Positions 20,908-31,579 are shown, numbered from the stretch's first letter. The stretch is DNA of 64,000 nucleotides from an uncultured delta proteobacterium (GCA_963745835.1 CAVUZH010000013.1:352001-416000); one strand, 5' to 3'. Numbers and translations: made by a program. The notes: generated by a model from the letters alone, not told the origin.

Positions 20908-23900
20908 GACACCATCGATGAGTTTGCGATTTTTGCGAGGCTTGCTTGGGCCGGAACAGACCAATGTGTCATTTTCATCGTATCGTAAAGCTCAATTGCC
21001 GCGCACAACTCCTCGCGCGCGAGTCGGGGCTGACCTTGGCCTAGTTTAAGATTACTCAACCCGGCGTGACAATGCGCCTCCAGTGGACTCATGCCCAATT
21101 CGTCAGCGAACGCTAAGGCACGCCGATAGTAGAGTCGCTTCATCGTCGCAGGCCGGGTGCGAACGCGCGGCAATATCGCCAAGAACTTTTAACGCCCATG
21201 CTTCGTGTCCTCGCTCCTTATGGGTTTGCGCAAACTCGAGCGCACGTCGCGCAACATCACCTGCCTCTGTAATTCGTCCTGACAACAAATACCCTTCACT
21301 TAGCCACACCATGCTAAGCGAAAGAAATCCGACCCTCCCCACCGAAGCGGAATTACTTACCCCCTGTTCCAGATAGGGTAGAGCCTCGGCAATTCGTCCC
21401 CCGGTGGCGTAGGCGGCTCCCAAACGGGAGGCGACGAAGGGCACGTACACAGGAACTCCTGCCGATTGGCAAATTTTCAAACTGAGTTCGAGTAATCGGA
21501 CGGCCTTTTCGCATTCACCGCGCAAGAGGAAAAGAAATCCAGGCTCAATTCGCATATATCCGGCTGACAGGATGTTCGACTTCATTAGCAATGCGGATAC
21601 CCTCCTCTCCGTCACGCATGCCTTGATCAAACTCACCGGTCGCAGCAAGGCATTGAACTAAATGGCTCCGGCACACAACGGAGATCACAAGCGTTGTTCC
21701 GAATCGTTCATGCCTTAGCTCCGCTTTAATCCCTTGCAGACCTCGCTTGAGGACGTCAATCGCTTCTCTGTAACTTCCCATCTTGTTATAGGCAGCGCCC
21801 AAGTAATAATGCGCCACCGCACCAATAGACGGATCAACGCCCACGATCGGCAAAGCCAGAGCGCGCCGCCCGTATGATACTGCCCCATCAGGATCGCCAG
21901 CGATGCCCGCATAACTACACAAGAAATTAAGAACTCGCCCGATTCTGGGTTCGTCGCCGAGTGTTTGAGCGAGCGTTTCCGCTTCTTTTAGATATTGATG
22001 GAGCTTCCTAGAGTCGCCTAACAAGAATAGTGCGTTACGTAACTGTAAACGCAAATCGATAGCCCATTCCAGTTTTGACCGCGAATCATTCACATGATCC
22101 AAAGCCTCTAGGCCTCGCTCTAGGAACGATACGGCTTCTTTGCACGCAGAACATGCTAGAGCCTTTGCCGCAGCTTGACTCAAGTATGGGACTGCCTTAT
22201 CCCACAACTCCCCGCGAAAAGCATGACGCGCAAGCGTCTCAACATAGTCCTGCAGATTGGTATCTTGGATCGCTTCGAGCGCGCTCACAACCCGTGCGTG
22301 GAGAGCAACCCTTCGGTCGTGGAGCAACGCGCCATACGCAACTTCGTTGGTGAGAGCATGCTTGAACGTATACTCTAGTTTTGGAAAAAGATTCGTTTCA
22401 TAAATAAATTCAGCGGACCTGAGATGGGCTAGATATTCAAAAAGCTGGTCGTCTGGTAGCTCCGAGACCGCCTGGAGCAGATCAAAAGGAATGATTACTC
22501 CGATCACAGCGGCAGTCTGAAGAAGATGTTTCTCTTCGACGGGCAGACGATCGATACGATCCGCTACAACGTTTTGCACCGTGCTTGGGATAATGAAATC
22601 ATCAATTTTCAGTCCAGGCCGGTAAGCCCCTTTCTCTCCGGTCAAAACCCCGGTTTCCAGCAAAGACCTCACGCTTTCTTCAGCAAAGAAGGGATTTCCT
22701 TCAGTGCGCTTGATTAATAGTTGTTTGAGGGACAAAAGGTCAGGATTATCTCCGAGTAGCTTTGATAAGAATTCTTCGACGCTACTCGTCTGGAGCGGAT
22801 CAACGCGAAGTTGAGTGTAATAGCTTTTTTCCGACCATCCGTGATTATACTCGGGCCGATAATTAACGAGGAGCAAGAGGTGGGCCATGGGAAGACTATC
22901 AACCAGACCGTCAAGAAACGATTGGGTTTCATGATCGATCCAGTGGAGGTCTTCGAAAACCAGCAGCAGATTTTGTCTTTGGCTTTCCCGGAGACACATC
23001 CGTTTGAGTGCATCTAAAGTTTGACGGCGACGCTGCTGCGGATCCATGGAGTTAAAGCGTCGGATGGACTCCTCGATATCTTGGAGCGGTACTAGCCAGT
23101 CACGCTCCTGCCCGGGGTCGGTAGTACCTGCATCCGGATAGGCGCCGAGCAATGAGAGGACTGGCGGGATTGCATCTTTGAGTGTGCTGTCCAGTTCTAA
23201 TATACGCGTCACAACTTGGCTTCGGATGTTCTCGCTCGATTCCCCACCGTTAATTCCGAAATAGCGCCGCAACATCTCGGTCAGTGGGAAATACGGCGTT
23301 GCCTTACCGTAAGAAACTGATGTGCCTTCGAGCACCAGCCACCCTGTGGGCAGCTGGTGACGAGTAAACTCGTGCACCAAGCGCGACTTACCGATACCGG
23401 GTTCGCCAATCATCGCCAATACTTGACCGCTGCCAGCGCTCACACGCTGGACCAGTTTGTTGAAGATGTCGATTTCTGCGTTGCGTCCCACTAGTGGCGT
23501 CAACCCGCGAGTAGCGCCAGCTTGGACGCGCGTCCGTGCTGAAGTGGCACTGACGAGATCGTATGCTTCCACAGGCTGCGAAAGCCCTTTGGCTTGGACC
23601 CCGCCGAGTGATTTCACTTCGACAAAACCTTCGACCTGCCGCAAAGTAGAGGCCGTCATCAGTATTGAGCCGCGACCTGCAAGCCCCTGCATCCTGGCTG
23701 CCAAATTCGACGTGTGGCCTAAAGCCGAGTATTCGATATTGAGATCATTGTCGATGGACCGGACCACGACCTCCCCGGAATTCATTCCAACACCGATTTG
23801 TAATCCCGATTCTTCCGCTTGGCCGAGCCTCTGGCGGTAGCGTCGCATGTCTTCTTGCATAGCCAATGCCGCATAACACGCGCGCAACTGCATGATCCTC

Positions 23901-24362
23901 ATGAGCCAACGGTGCGCCAAACAGCGCCATGATGCCGTCGCCCAGATATGATTGACGGTTCCTTCATAACGATGCACCGCGTCCATCATGGCTTTTAGGA
24001 TTGGATCTAGTAGCTTCTGTGCCTCCTCGGGATCGAGCCCTTCCACGAGGCGTGTGGAATCTTTAATGTCGGCAAATAAGATCGTCACCTGCTTTCGCTC
24101 ACCTTCTAAAGTGTGGCGCTCAGCGAGGATTTTTTCGGCAAGGTGTTTGGGAATAGGTGGCTGGCGTGCTGAAGTGTTCTGCGATGAAGTCTGAGTTGCA
24201 ATCGCTGGTCGGCTAAGTCGACTGGCCGCATTTTTTACAAAACTTTGCCCCCCGGCGATTAGCCTCACCGCAGCTTGAACACGCGGTTTCCAGCGGCGTG
24301 CCGCACTCATCGCAAAACGCCGCGGTGTCAGGATTCTGATTCTTACAACGAGGGCAATTCAA
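20904..24362 (-). CDS. Double zinc ribbon-class III nucleotide cyclase-AAA ATPase-TPR protein, several frameshifts
   Basis: TTG start at 24362 gives CPRC..FCDECG..CSSC..FCKKCG; cyclase ERKQVTILFADIKDST, GDGIMALFGAP, NLAARMQ; Walker A GEPGIGKS, VFEDLHW, GNPFF; TPR-like helices continue in 21103..21648 and 20904..21182. Confidence 0.85.
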
Positions 24363-24452
24363 CTTCAGCTTCTCCGTGCTTCAGCTAGACCGTTGTGTCA
24401 GATCGCGCGGTAGTTCGGTAGGCCTAAAGAAGAAGCTGTACGATCTTTTAAT

Positions 24453-25226
24453 CTATTCCCTATTCAATATTCCGACAACTGGTTCATTTCCATTCCCGCT
24501 GTTTGAGTCCCATTGGCTAACATGCATCCGGCACTGCGAGCCAGAGAAAACAATGGCGGCAGCGTAGCCTGCTACAGATTCTATATCCTCCATGTACCAG
24601 CGGGACGCTTCTTCTGAAGCCCCTCTGACGTGTAACAATCTTGCCGGCTGCCCCGGCACTAGCGAAACATCAAAATCCGATAAAGGACAACTCAGTCCAT
24701 CGCCAAGAGCCTTTATGAAGGCTTCCTTTCGGGTCCAACACTTAAAGAAGGCAATTCTCTGCATGTCTCGCGGCAAGCTGCGGAATGCTGCCACCTCAAC
24801 CTTAGAAAAAAAACGTTCGGCAACACTCTCGATCGGAAATTCATGATTTACCAACTCAATGTCTATGCCAACAGGACGATCTCGTGTGATCGCGTAAATT
24901 GCCGTTCCGGCCGAATGAGCCAAGTTGAATTGAATCGCCGGTCGACCTTCCTGTCTTCGTATGCCGGGTTTGCCGTGGCTGCCATAGGTGAAGATAATTT
25001 CATTAGCTGGCAGTCCAAGGTAAGGGCTCAAGATTACCCGCAACAGGCCTCGTCCAGCGACAAACCGTTCGCGGTCCTTATGAAAGCGAAAGCGGTTCGC
25101 TCTGTTGGTTTCAGCCTCGGCAAGAATGCTTTCAAAAAACCTGAGTTCCGATTCCCGCCGGTCCAAAGAAGCGATGCGGACATGTACCTCACCTTGGCCC
25201 AAGGGCGCCACTTCAATGCCTGTCAT
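24453..25226 (-). CDS. Sfp-type 4'-phosphopantetheinyl transferase
   Basis: HGKP, FNLAHS, VGIDIE and WTRKEAFIKA motifs. Confidence 0.92.
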   Translation of the reverse strand: MTGIEVAPLGQGEVHVRIASLDRRESELRFFESILAEAETNRANRFRFHKDRERFVAGRGLLRVILSPYLGLPANEIIFTYGSHGKPGIRRQEGRPAIQFNLAHSAGTAIYAITRDRPVGIDIELVNHEFPIESVAERFFSKVEVAAFRSLPRDMQRIAFFKCWTRKEAFIKALGDGLSCPLSDFDVSLVPGQPARLLHVRGASEEASRWYMEDIESVAGYAAAIVFSGSQCRMHVSQWDSNSGNGNEPVVGILNRE

Positions 25227-25457
25227 GTTGTCCTGAGATTGCCGCCGATCGTAGTATTCTCGCCAGGGGACTGGCCTCTCCTAACATAATCCCAGGCAAC
25301 CAATCAAACGAAATGTTTTGCTCTATCATGGTGTTAGAGCTGCGATAAAACGAGCGCAATCGCAGCAGCATCAACTCGAACCCTTCGGACATAACGACGG
25401 GCACAAATACCATTTGAACCGAGAAATGATCGTTGAAGAAAAGAAGACTGCGAATAA

Positions 25458-25486
25458 TTCAGGGGAGGGCTTTTCCCTCCCCTGAA
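25458..25486 (-). terminator. GC-rich hairpin, probable terminator after the small secreted protein
   Basis: TTCAGGGGAGGG-CTTTT-CCCTCCCCTGAA, a perfect 12-bp stem, followed on the minus strand by TTATT. Confidence 0.65.
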
Positions 25487-25501
25487 CTGCGACTCATCGT
25501 T

Positions 25502-25798
25502 TCAATCACCGTCAGCGAACCCGCGCATAAGCAGCTGTCTCTGAAAGCGGATCTCATCTAATCCCAACGGGTCGTGATCGCACGAGCCGTAGAAATCAAT
25601 GCTGTTGCCGGCACTCTCGTTCAGCACCGGGTTACCGGAGAATAGTGACTCTTCGCTGATCGGGGGGAACTTCATGTGGCAGTAGCTGGTGGTCTCGGCA
25701 GGCACCGTGAGCATTACTTCCTGGCTGCCCACTGTCGTCACTCCCCAGAACAATGTCGAAGAGATAATCAAGTTGGTTAGAAGCGATATAGTTTTCAT
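25502..25798 (-). CDS. Small secreted hypothetical protein with two Cys (YCHMKFP...FYGSCDHDP)
   Basis: RBS AGGAGGTG before ATG 25798; N-terminal signal-peptide-like stretch. Confidence 0.75.
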   Translation of the reverse strand: MKTISLLTNLIISSTLFWGVTTVGSQEVMLTVPAETTSYCHMKFPPISEESLFSGNPVLNESAGNSIDFYGSCDHDPLGLDEIRFQRQLLMRGFADGD

Positions 25799-25848
25799 CT
25801 TTCTCACCTCCTTTCTCATCTAAATTTCACTTGCTGCATCATCTTCAT

Positions 25849-25864
25849 TGCATCGCTTGTGCCA
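25849..25864 (-). promoter_or_regulatory. Sigma54 (-24/-12) promoter
   Basis: Minus strand TGGCACAAGCGATGCA, exact GG-N10-GC spacing, about 50 nt upstream of the 25798 start. Confidence 0.75.
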
Positions 25865-25978
25865 ATGGCGGAAAGCTTCTGTGACCATCATAGCCGGCCC
25901 GTTTGGTTGAGCTTTCATTCAACCCGCGCCCTAAACGGCTACCGCAGAGCATCGGTCAGAATGCTATCAATCAAAAGT

Positions 25979-26021
25979 AGCAACATAGTTCACAGTGAGA
26001 CCCGGAACTTGGTTAACAGTG
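25979..26021. promoter_or_regulatory. Candidate enhancer (UAS) pair for a sigma54 activator
   Basis: AGCAAC-ATA-GTTCAC-AGTG (25979-25997) and CGGAAC-TTG-GTTAAC-AGTG (26003-26021), about 115-155 bp upstream of the -24 element. Confidence 0.5.
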
Positions 26022-26196
26022 GGTTATTCACAGTTCATCCAATTGAGATGATCAGACAGGTAGTGATGGTTGCGGTGAGGCGGAATTGATCCTTTTTGGT
26101 CTGCGAGTCCGAAAACAGCGGCAGTTGACATTGAAGACCGTAGTAAATTACGTTCCCGGAGGACAAAGTGCTAATCAGATCCATGGAAGGATACAT

Positions 26197-27057
26197 ATGA
26201 TTGACACCGGATATAGGGGATTCCGCCTTGAGGAAATGGAATATCAATATAATCCGCGCGAATCGGTGCCGGAGTATCCGCAGCTGGCGCAGAAGCGCGC
26301 CGAAGAAGCGCGCAAGGTACGCGAAAGCGCGAAATCTTGGTTGGGGGTGCCTTACGGCAGTTCGCCGCGTGAGAAGCTGGACATTTACCCCGCAGATCAG
26401 CCGGGTGGCCCAGTTCTAATCTACATTCACGGCGGCTATTGGCGCAGCGGCAGCAAAGAGGATAACTGCAATTTCGTCCCTGTATTCACCAAAGGCGGCG
26501 CATCGGTCGTCCTGATCGAGTACGATCTCTGTCCTGCCGTGACCGTTTCAGACATCGTCCGCCAGATGCGCTCTGCCATCGCCTGGGTTTACAGGAATAT
26601 TTTACGCTACAGCGGCAATCCTGCGAGAATTTATCTCTCGGGTCATTCCGCGGGCGGGCATCTAACGGCGATGGCGCTGGCGCACGATTGGGCGAGCGAA
26701 GGTCTCCCTAGAAACCTCATCAAAGGTGCTGTCGCGACTTCCGGCGTCTATGACCTCGATATGGTGATGCGCATCAGCGTCCAGGAACAGGTCAGGCTCA
26801 CGCCCGAATTGGCGAAAAGGAACAGCCCATTTCATCATCCGCCGCTATCCATTTGTCCGGTCATTGTGGCGGTCGGCGGCGCCGAACCCAAAGGCTGGCA
26901 GCAAATGTCAGAGGATTTTTTCAACCTTTGCAAAGAGCGCGGCGTAAATTGTGAATATCTCATCATCCCCGGCGCCAATCATTACACCATGTCGGAGCAT
27001 TTAGCCGATGCCGATAGCCCGCTGGCGCAAGCCATGCTGAGACAGATGGAACTCTAA
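26197..27057 (+). CDS. Arylformamidase-like alpha/beta hydrolase (HSL-type)
   Basis: IHGGYW, GHSAGGHL, SGVYDL and GANHY motifs. Confidence 0.85.
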   Translation: MIDTGYRGFRLEEMEYQYNPRESVPEYPQLAQKRAEEARKVRESAKSWLGVPYGSSPREKLDIYPADQPGGPVLIYIHGGYWRSGSKEDNCNFVPVFTKGGASVVLIEYDLCPAVTVSDIVRQMRSAIAWVYRNILRYSGNPARIYLSGHSAGGHLTAMALAHDWASEGLPRNLIKGAVATSGVYDLDMVMRISVQEQVRLTPELAKRNSPFHHPPLSICPVIVAVGGAEPKGWQQMSEDFFNLCKERGVNCEYLIIPGANHYTMSEHLADADSPLAQAMLRQMEL

Positions 27058-27065
27058 GTTCCGTT

Positions 27066-27101
27066 GTTCAAAAGGTTCAAATCGTTCGATACGTTCAAGC
27101 C
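27066..27101. repeat. Four GTTCAA-core tandem units (9-nt period)
   Basis: GTTCAAAAG GTTCAAATC GTTCGATAC GTTCAAGCC, just after the stop codon. Confidence 0.6.
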
Positions 27102-27509
27102 GGTGGAGATCACCCTAAAGATGCACCCGGTAGGCTGATCCCGGCGGGATGTGGGAAAAATGCTTCAGCAGTCTAATAGGTGATATTCATGCCCAGAGGG
27201 AAAGCTACGAACTGTGTCGTCGAGGGATGAGCCTAGAGAAGTGAACGCATGGCAACGAACAGCTTCAAGGTTATCGTTGATGTTTGGATTCAGGATATCT
27301 TTCAAATTGCCGAACAACGACTAGTATGCACAAGCGCACTTTGTAGCAGCTCTCAAAGTGGACCCTAAGGCAATGGAGGCTTAGCAGCGCACTTAAGGAA
27401 GACTCATGGTTCCAGTGCGATCGTGGAAACGGCGTTAGCAGTGCTTTTTGGGACGTGGGGCTCTCTGCGTCTCGTTTTTAAGCTGCCGGTTAATCATGAA
27501 CAATCCGCC

Positions 27510-28030
27510 TTAGATCACCGCGTCATCGTAACCGGCATCGCCGGTCTGCTCCGGCCGAAAAAGATTCCACGACTCGATCCACCTGCGTGTGCGCTCGAAA
27601 GCATCTTGCGGATAAGGCTCGAATACCAGGCGCTCACCAGGACCGAACCTACGAACATCCACCAGCGGGTGATATCTCTCCGGCAGCTCACGCAAAAAAT
27701 AGTGCTTATAGAGCTCCGGCGATAGATCGATATCACGCTGCGCCCGGCGCAGAGCCTTGAAGTATTTCTCGACGTTCTCGCGATCGGCACTCTCGGTAGC
27801 CAAATGGCCGATCATGAAAGTGGTGTGGACAAGCTTACGAAAACCAAGCTGTTCCACGACATAGAAGGGCACGCCAAAGAGGCTGGCCGCCGGCACAAGG
27901 CGATCAACAAGCAATGCCAGCCGATCGAGAAGCAAGCCGGCAAAGTGGAATTTGATCTGGTCGCGCCGAAGAAACGTCTCAAGACCCTGAAGAGTCGAGA
28001 AATGGCTACCCGAGTGATAGCCGAGGTCAA
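27510..28030 (-). pseudogene. 5'-truncated substrate-binding-protein-like gene (C-terminal half only)
   Basis: The frame extends to GYHSGSHFSTLQGLE, then meets a TGA near 28040 with no start; the C-terminal part (EKYFKALRRAQRDID) resembles NMT1-like binding proteins. Confidence 0.6.
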
Positions 28031-28104
28031 GGGGTGCATGTCAGGTCTAAAGCAAGTGGACACCCGCGCCGCGATTCGTTAAGTGTAGCTGTCAAGAGAA
28101 TACC

Positions 28105-28995
28105 ATGCCCTACTGCTATCCACCGGATCCAAATACCAAAAAGCCGCACTTCACTCCGCCAGCCGAAGCCTGCGATACTCATTTCCACGTCTTTGGCCCG
28201 CCGGAAAACTTCCCGTTCGTTTCGACCCACGAGTACACTCCCCCGGCGGCGCCGCTGGAGCATTATCAAAAAATGGCCTCGATCATCGGCATCCAGCGGG
28301 CCGTGGTCGTGCAACCAAGCGTGCACGGGCTCGACAACTCGGCGACACTCGATGCGATTGCCAATTCACGCGGACGCTTCCGCGGCGTCGGCCGTATCGA
28401 CGACAAAACCTCCAAGGCCGAGTTGCAAAAGCTGCATGACGGCGGCATACGCGGCGTCCGTTTCAATTTGCTCGACCGTCCGCGCGGTAACATATCACTC
28501 GATGTCTTCGATCGCTGTGTGGAGCACATCGTCGCGTTGGGCTGGTCGGTGGATCTGCACATCGATACCAAGAATTTACTGGAACAGGAGAAGCGGATTC
28601 GCGCACTGCCTTTGCCGGTTGTTATCGACCATATCGCCCGGATCAAACCGGCCGAAGGTTTGAATCAGCCGGCTTTTCAGCTGCTGCTGGATCTAATGAG
28701 AGAAAAACACGTCTGGGTAAAGGTCAGCGGCGCCGACAAAATCTGCAATAGCCTAGTTCACGACTACTTCGGACTGCCGTTTGTCGAAGTGATTCCGTAT
28801 GCGCGAGCGGTGATCGCTGCGGCGCCGGATCGTGTCATCTGGGGTACCGATTGGCCCCATTCCAACAATTTCGTGCCGGGCCACACGCCTAACGATGGCG
28901 ACCTGGTGGATCTGCTGGCTGAATTCGCGCCGGATGAGCAAACGAGAAGAAAAATTCTTGTCGCGAATCCGGCAAAATTATACGGCTTCGAGTAG
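28105..28995 (+). CDS. Amidohydrolase family protein, LigI (2-pyrone-4,6-dicarboxylate lactonase)-like
   Basis: ACDTHFHVFGP, VQPSVHGLDN, GIRGVRFN, VIDHIA, WVKVSG and WGTDWPH motifs. Confidence 0.85.
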   Translation: MPYCYPPDPNTKKPHFTPPAEACDTHFHVFGPPENFPFVSTHEYTPPAAPLEHYQKMASIIGIQRAVVVQPSVHGLDNSATLDAIANSRGRFRGVGRIDDKTSKAELQKLHDGGIRGVRFNLLDRPRGNISLDVFDRCVEHIVALGWSVDLHIDTKNLLEQEKRIRALPLPVVIDHIARIKPAEGLNQPAFQLLLDLMREKHVWVKVSGADKICNSLVHDYFGLPFVEVIPYARAVIAAAPDRVIWGTDWPHSNNFVPGHTPNDGDLVDLLAEFAPDEQTRRKILVANPAKLYGFE

Positions 28996-29033
28996 TTTTG
29001 AAAACGACAGCCGCCTTCCAGGAGGAATTCGCC

Positions 29034-29456
29034 ATGATTAAAATAACCGACGACATGAAGGACCGAATCAACAAGGCCTTCGATGAAAAAAAGTACTGCG
29101 TCTGGGCAACGACGTCCAGCGATGGGTATCCGGATCTCAGTTTCCGAGGCAGCACTCATGTATTCGACGACGAGCATATCGCCTTCTGGGATCGTTCATT
29201 GGGTACCAGCAGCACCAATCTCGAAAACAATCCTCATGTCTGCATGCTCTACTATGACTCCGCCGCGCGCATCGGCTGGCGTTTTTATGGCACCGCGACA
29301 GTCTATAAGGAAGGTGACTTGCGACAGCAGATCATGAAGCGTGTCGTGAAAGGCGAGATCGACAAGGATCCCGAGCGCAAAGGCTATGGCGTGCTCGTTC
29401 GCATCGACAAGATCCGCGGCTACAGCGGCTTCAACATCGTTCAAGAACGTGAATAA
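29034..29456 (+). CDS. Pyridoxamine 5'-phosphate oxidase-like FMN-binding split-barrel protein
   Basis: ATTSSDGYPDLSFRGS and NLENNPHV motifs; RBS AGGAGG. Confidence 0.8.
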   Translation: MIKITDDMKDRINKAFDEKKYCVWATTSSDGYPDLSFRGSTHVFDDEHIAFWDRSLGTSSTNLENNPHVCMLYYDSAARIGWRFYGTATVYKEGDLRQQIMKRVVKGEIDKDPERKGYGVLVRIDKIRGYSGFNIVQERE

Positions 29457-29481
29457 CAACGATGAGAGCAGCAAGCGAAAG

Positions 29482-30495
29482 ATGAAGTTTTCGCCTGCCG
29501 GCGCCGCTGACGTACCGAGTCTCTTTGGCCTTCTTACGGCTAACATATGCCTTGTAGCCTTGCTCGCTTCCGGCCTGGTGATTTCAGAAGTAGAAGCTCT
29601 GGACAAAGTTCGTATCGCGGTGTCGAACCCAAACATGCCGAACTTGACCGTCGCCATGGCGCAGCAAAAGGGGCTCTTCAAGGATGAAAACATCGAGGCT
29701 GAAATTATCCGGATGAACCCCAATGTCGCCGTTACGGCGCTGGCCACCGGTGATGTCGACTATTGCCAACTGTTCGGAGCGGTTGTCGGCGGAGCTATCG
29801 CCGGCTTGCCGATCAGAATCGTTGCCGGCTACTTGGACAACTGGCCAATGACACTGATCGCGCAGCCGGAATTCAGAACGCTTAAGGATGTCAAGGGTAA
29901 GACACTCGGCATCAGCAGCTTTGGCGCGACCCCGGACCTTGCGGCGCGCTTGATGCTTAAGCAAGTCGGGATTGATCCGGAGAAAGAGATCAAGATTCTC
30001 GCATTGGGGTCCGATGCGGCAAGACTTACCGCGCTGAAACAGAGGGTAGTGGATCTCATCGTAATTTCGCCACCTGCGGACACCCAGATGGAAAAACAAG
30101 GCTATAAGATTATGGCACGAGCTTACGAGCTATTTAGCTTTCCCTACCTCGGGCTCGGCACGCACACAAGAAAAATCCAAGAGAGACCCGATGAGATCCG
30201 GCGGACTATTAAGGCAACCATTCGCGCCAATCGCTTTATCAGGGATAATCGAGATGAAGCCGTGCGCGTCCTGGTCGGGTGGGGCAAAGTCGAGCGTGAC
30301 TTCGCCTACGCCTCGTATGATGCGTTGCGCAATCTCTTCAATGCCGACGGCGCCGTTCCGGAAGACGGACTCAAGCTGGTCATCGACCAAGCTCGGCGCA
30401 GCGCAAAGATCGCTCGTGAAGTTGCATCCGCCGATGTCGCTGACCTGAGTTTCTTGCGAGAGGCGCAAAGCGAGCTCGGCATCAAAGGACGTTGA
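29482..30495 (+). CDS. NMT1/SsuA-like substrate-binding protein
   Basis: AQQKGLFKDENIEAEII and DVKGKTLGISSFG motifs; start uncertain. Confidence 0.82.
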   Translation: MKFSPAGAADVPSLFGLLTANICLVALLASGLVISEVEALDKVRIAVSNPNMPNLTVAMAQQKGLFKDENIEAEIIRMNPNVAVTALATGDVDYCQLFGAVVGGAIAGLPIRIVAGYLDNWPMTLIAQPEFRTLKDVKGKTLGISSFGATPDLAARLMLKQVGIDPEKEIKILALGSDAARLTALKQRVVDLIVISPPADTQMEKQGYKIMARAYELFSFPYLGLGTHTRKIQERPDEIRRTIKATIRANRFIRDNRDEAVRVLVGWGKVERDFAYASYDALRNLFNADGAVPEDGLKLVIDQARRSAKIAREVASADVADLSFLREAQSELGIKGR

Positions 30496-30743
30496 ATTTT
30501 ATTGGACATGAGGCGTGGGCCGCTTAGGATCTGTTCCTGATGCGCTGTCATTCCAATTCACCGGTCTCCAACCCCCCCTTCTTGACAGGCAAGCTCCGCG
30601 TTGGCTGGTGAGGACTCGCGTCGATCTGAACCCAACACACGATATTTTAAAGGCGTTTTGAGCTGCTTGCCGCACCCGAGTTGACAGTCTTCATGGCAGG
30701 GAATATTGTTCATCTCCTGCAAGCAGCTCTGAAAGGAAACGTT

Positions 30744-31016
30744 ATGGCCCTGTCGTACGAGGATCTCATCGAACCGGCAATCGTCAAGCAAGTGTCCAAA
30801 ACCGTGGCCTATTGCCGCTGCACCCGGACCAAAACCCCGCCTTTCTGCGACGGTTCGCATGCCGCGACAAACATAGAACCGCACATACTGGAATTCGCGG
30901 AGCCGACGACCATTGCCATCTGCCGCTGCTGGAGGTCAAAGGATCACCCTTACTGTGACGGCACTCACGGCCGGCTGGTGAAACCCAAAGAACGTCCACA
31001 AAAGCAGCACGTTTAG
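30744..31016 (+). CDS. CDGSH iron-sulfur protein with two CDGSH domains (MiNT/CISD3-like)
   Basis: CRCTRTKTPPFCDGSH and CRCWRSKDHPYCDGTH. Confidence 0.9.
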   Translation: MALSYEDLIEPAIVKQVSKTVAYCRCTRTKTPPFCDGSHAATNIEPHILEFAEPTTIAICRCWRSKDHPYCDGTHGRLVKPKERPQKQHV

Positions 31017-31172
31017 AAACCATGTCCTAGCAGGTTGATCAAAACGTTGCAGCTACCAGGCGGGCGATAATCGATGAGCCGAACGTACTCGGCGCAAATT
31101 GGAGTGAATCGGACAAACAAAACGAATTAAAACGAGCGTTTCATCGGTCTGTAAATTTACGGGAGGGACGAT

Positions 31173-31559
31173 ATGGTCGAGATGAAAAATCTGGTAAAAG
31201 AAGCCGACGCCAACCCGGGCATCAATCACCTGAGCCTATGGCGAACCGATCTGGCTTACTTCTGGGTAATCAACTGCGAACCCAAGGTTCAAGACGACAT
31301 GCACTATCATGAAAACGACGATCATATATTCATGGTGATCGAAGGCGAATGCACCGTGCGCACACCGCGTAAAGAGTTCGTTTTGAAACAATTCGATACA
31401 GTGCTGTTAAAATCCGGCGAATCTTATCAACTCTGCAACACCGGAACCGGCAGAATGCTTCTCCTGGGAGCGGGCAATGCCGGCGTCAACGGCCAACCGC
31501 GCACGCGCGTCCCAAAAATTCCCAGCCATATCCCGCTGCGCGAACCCATCGTCGCCTAA
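31173..31559 (+). CDS. Cupin-domain protein
   Basis: MHYHENDDHIFMVIEG motif; RBS GGAGG. Confidence 0.8.
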   Translation: MVEMKNLVKEADANPGINHLSLWRTDLAYFWVINCEPKVQDDMHYHENDDHIFMVIEGECTVRTPRKEFVLKQFDTVLLKSGESYQLCNTGTGRMLLLGAGNAGVNGQPRTRVPKIPSHIPLREPIVA

Positions 31560-31579
31560 ACGCTAGCGATCGCTCTTCC

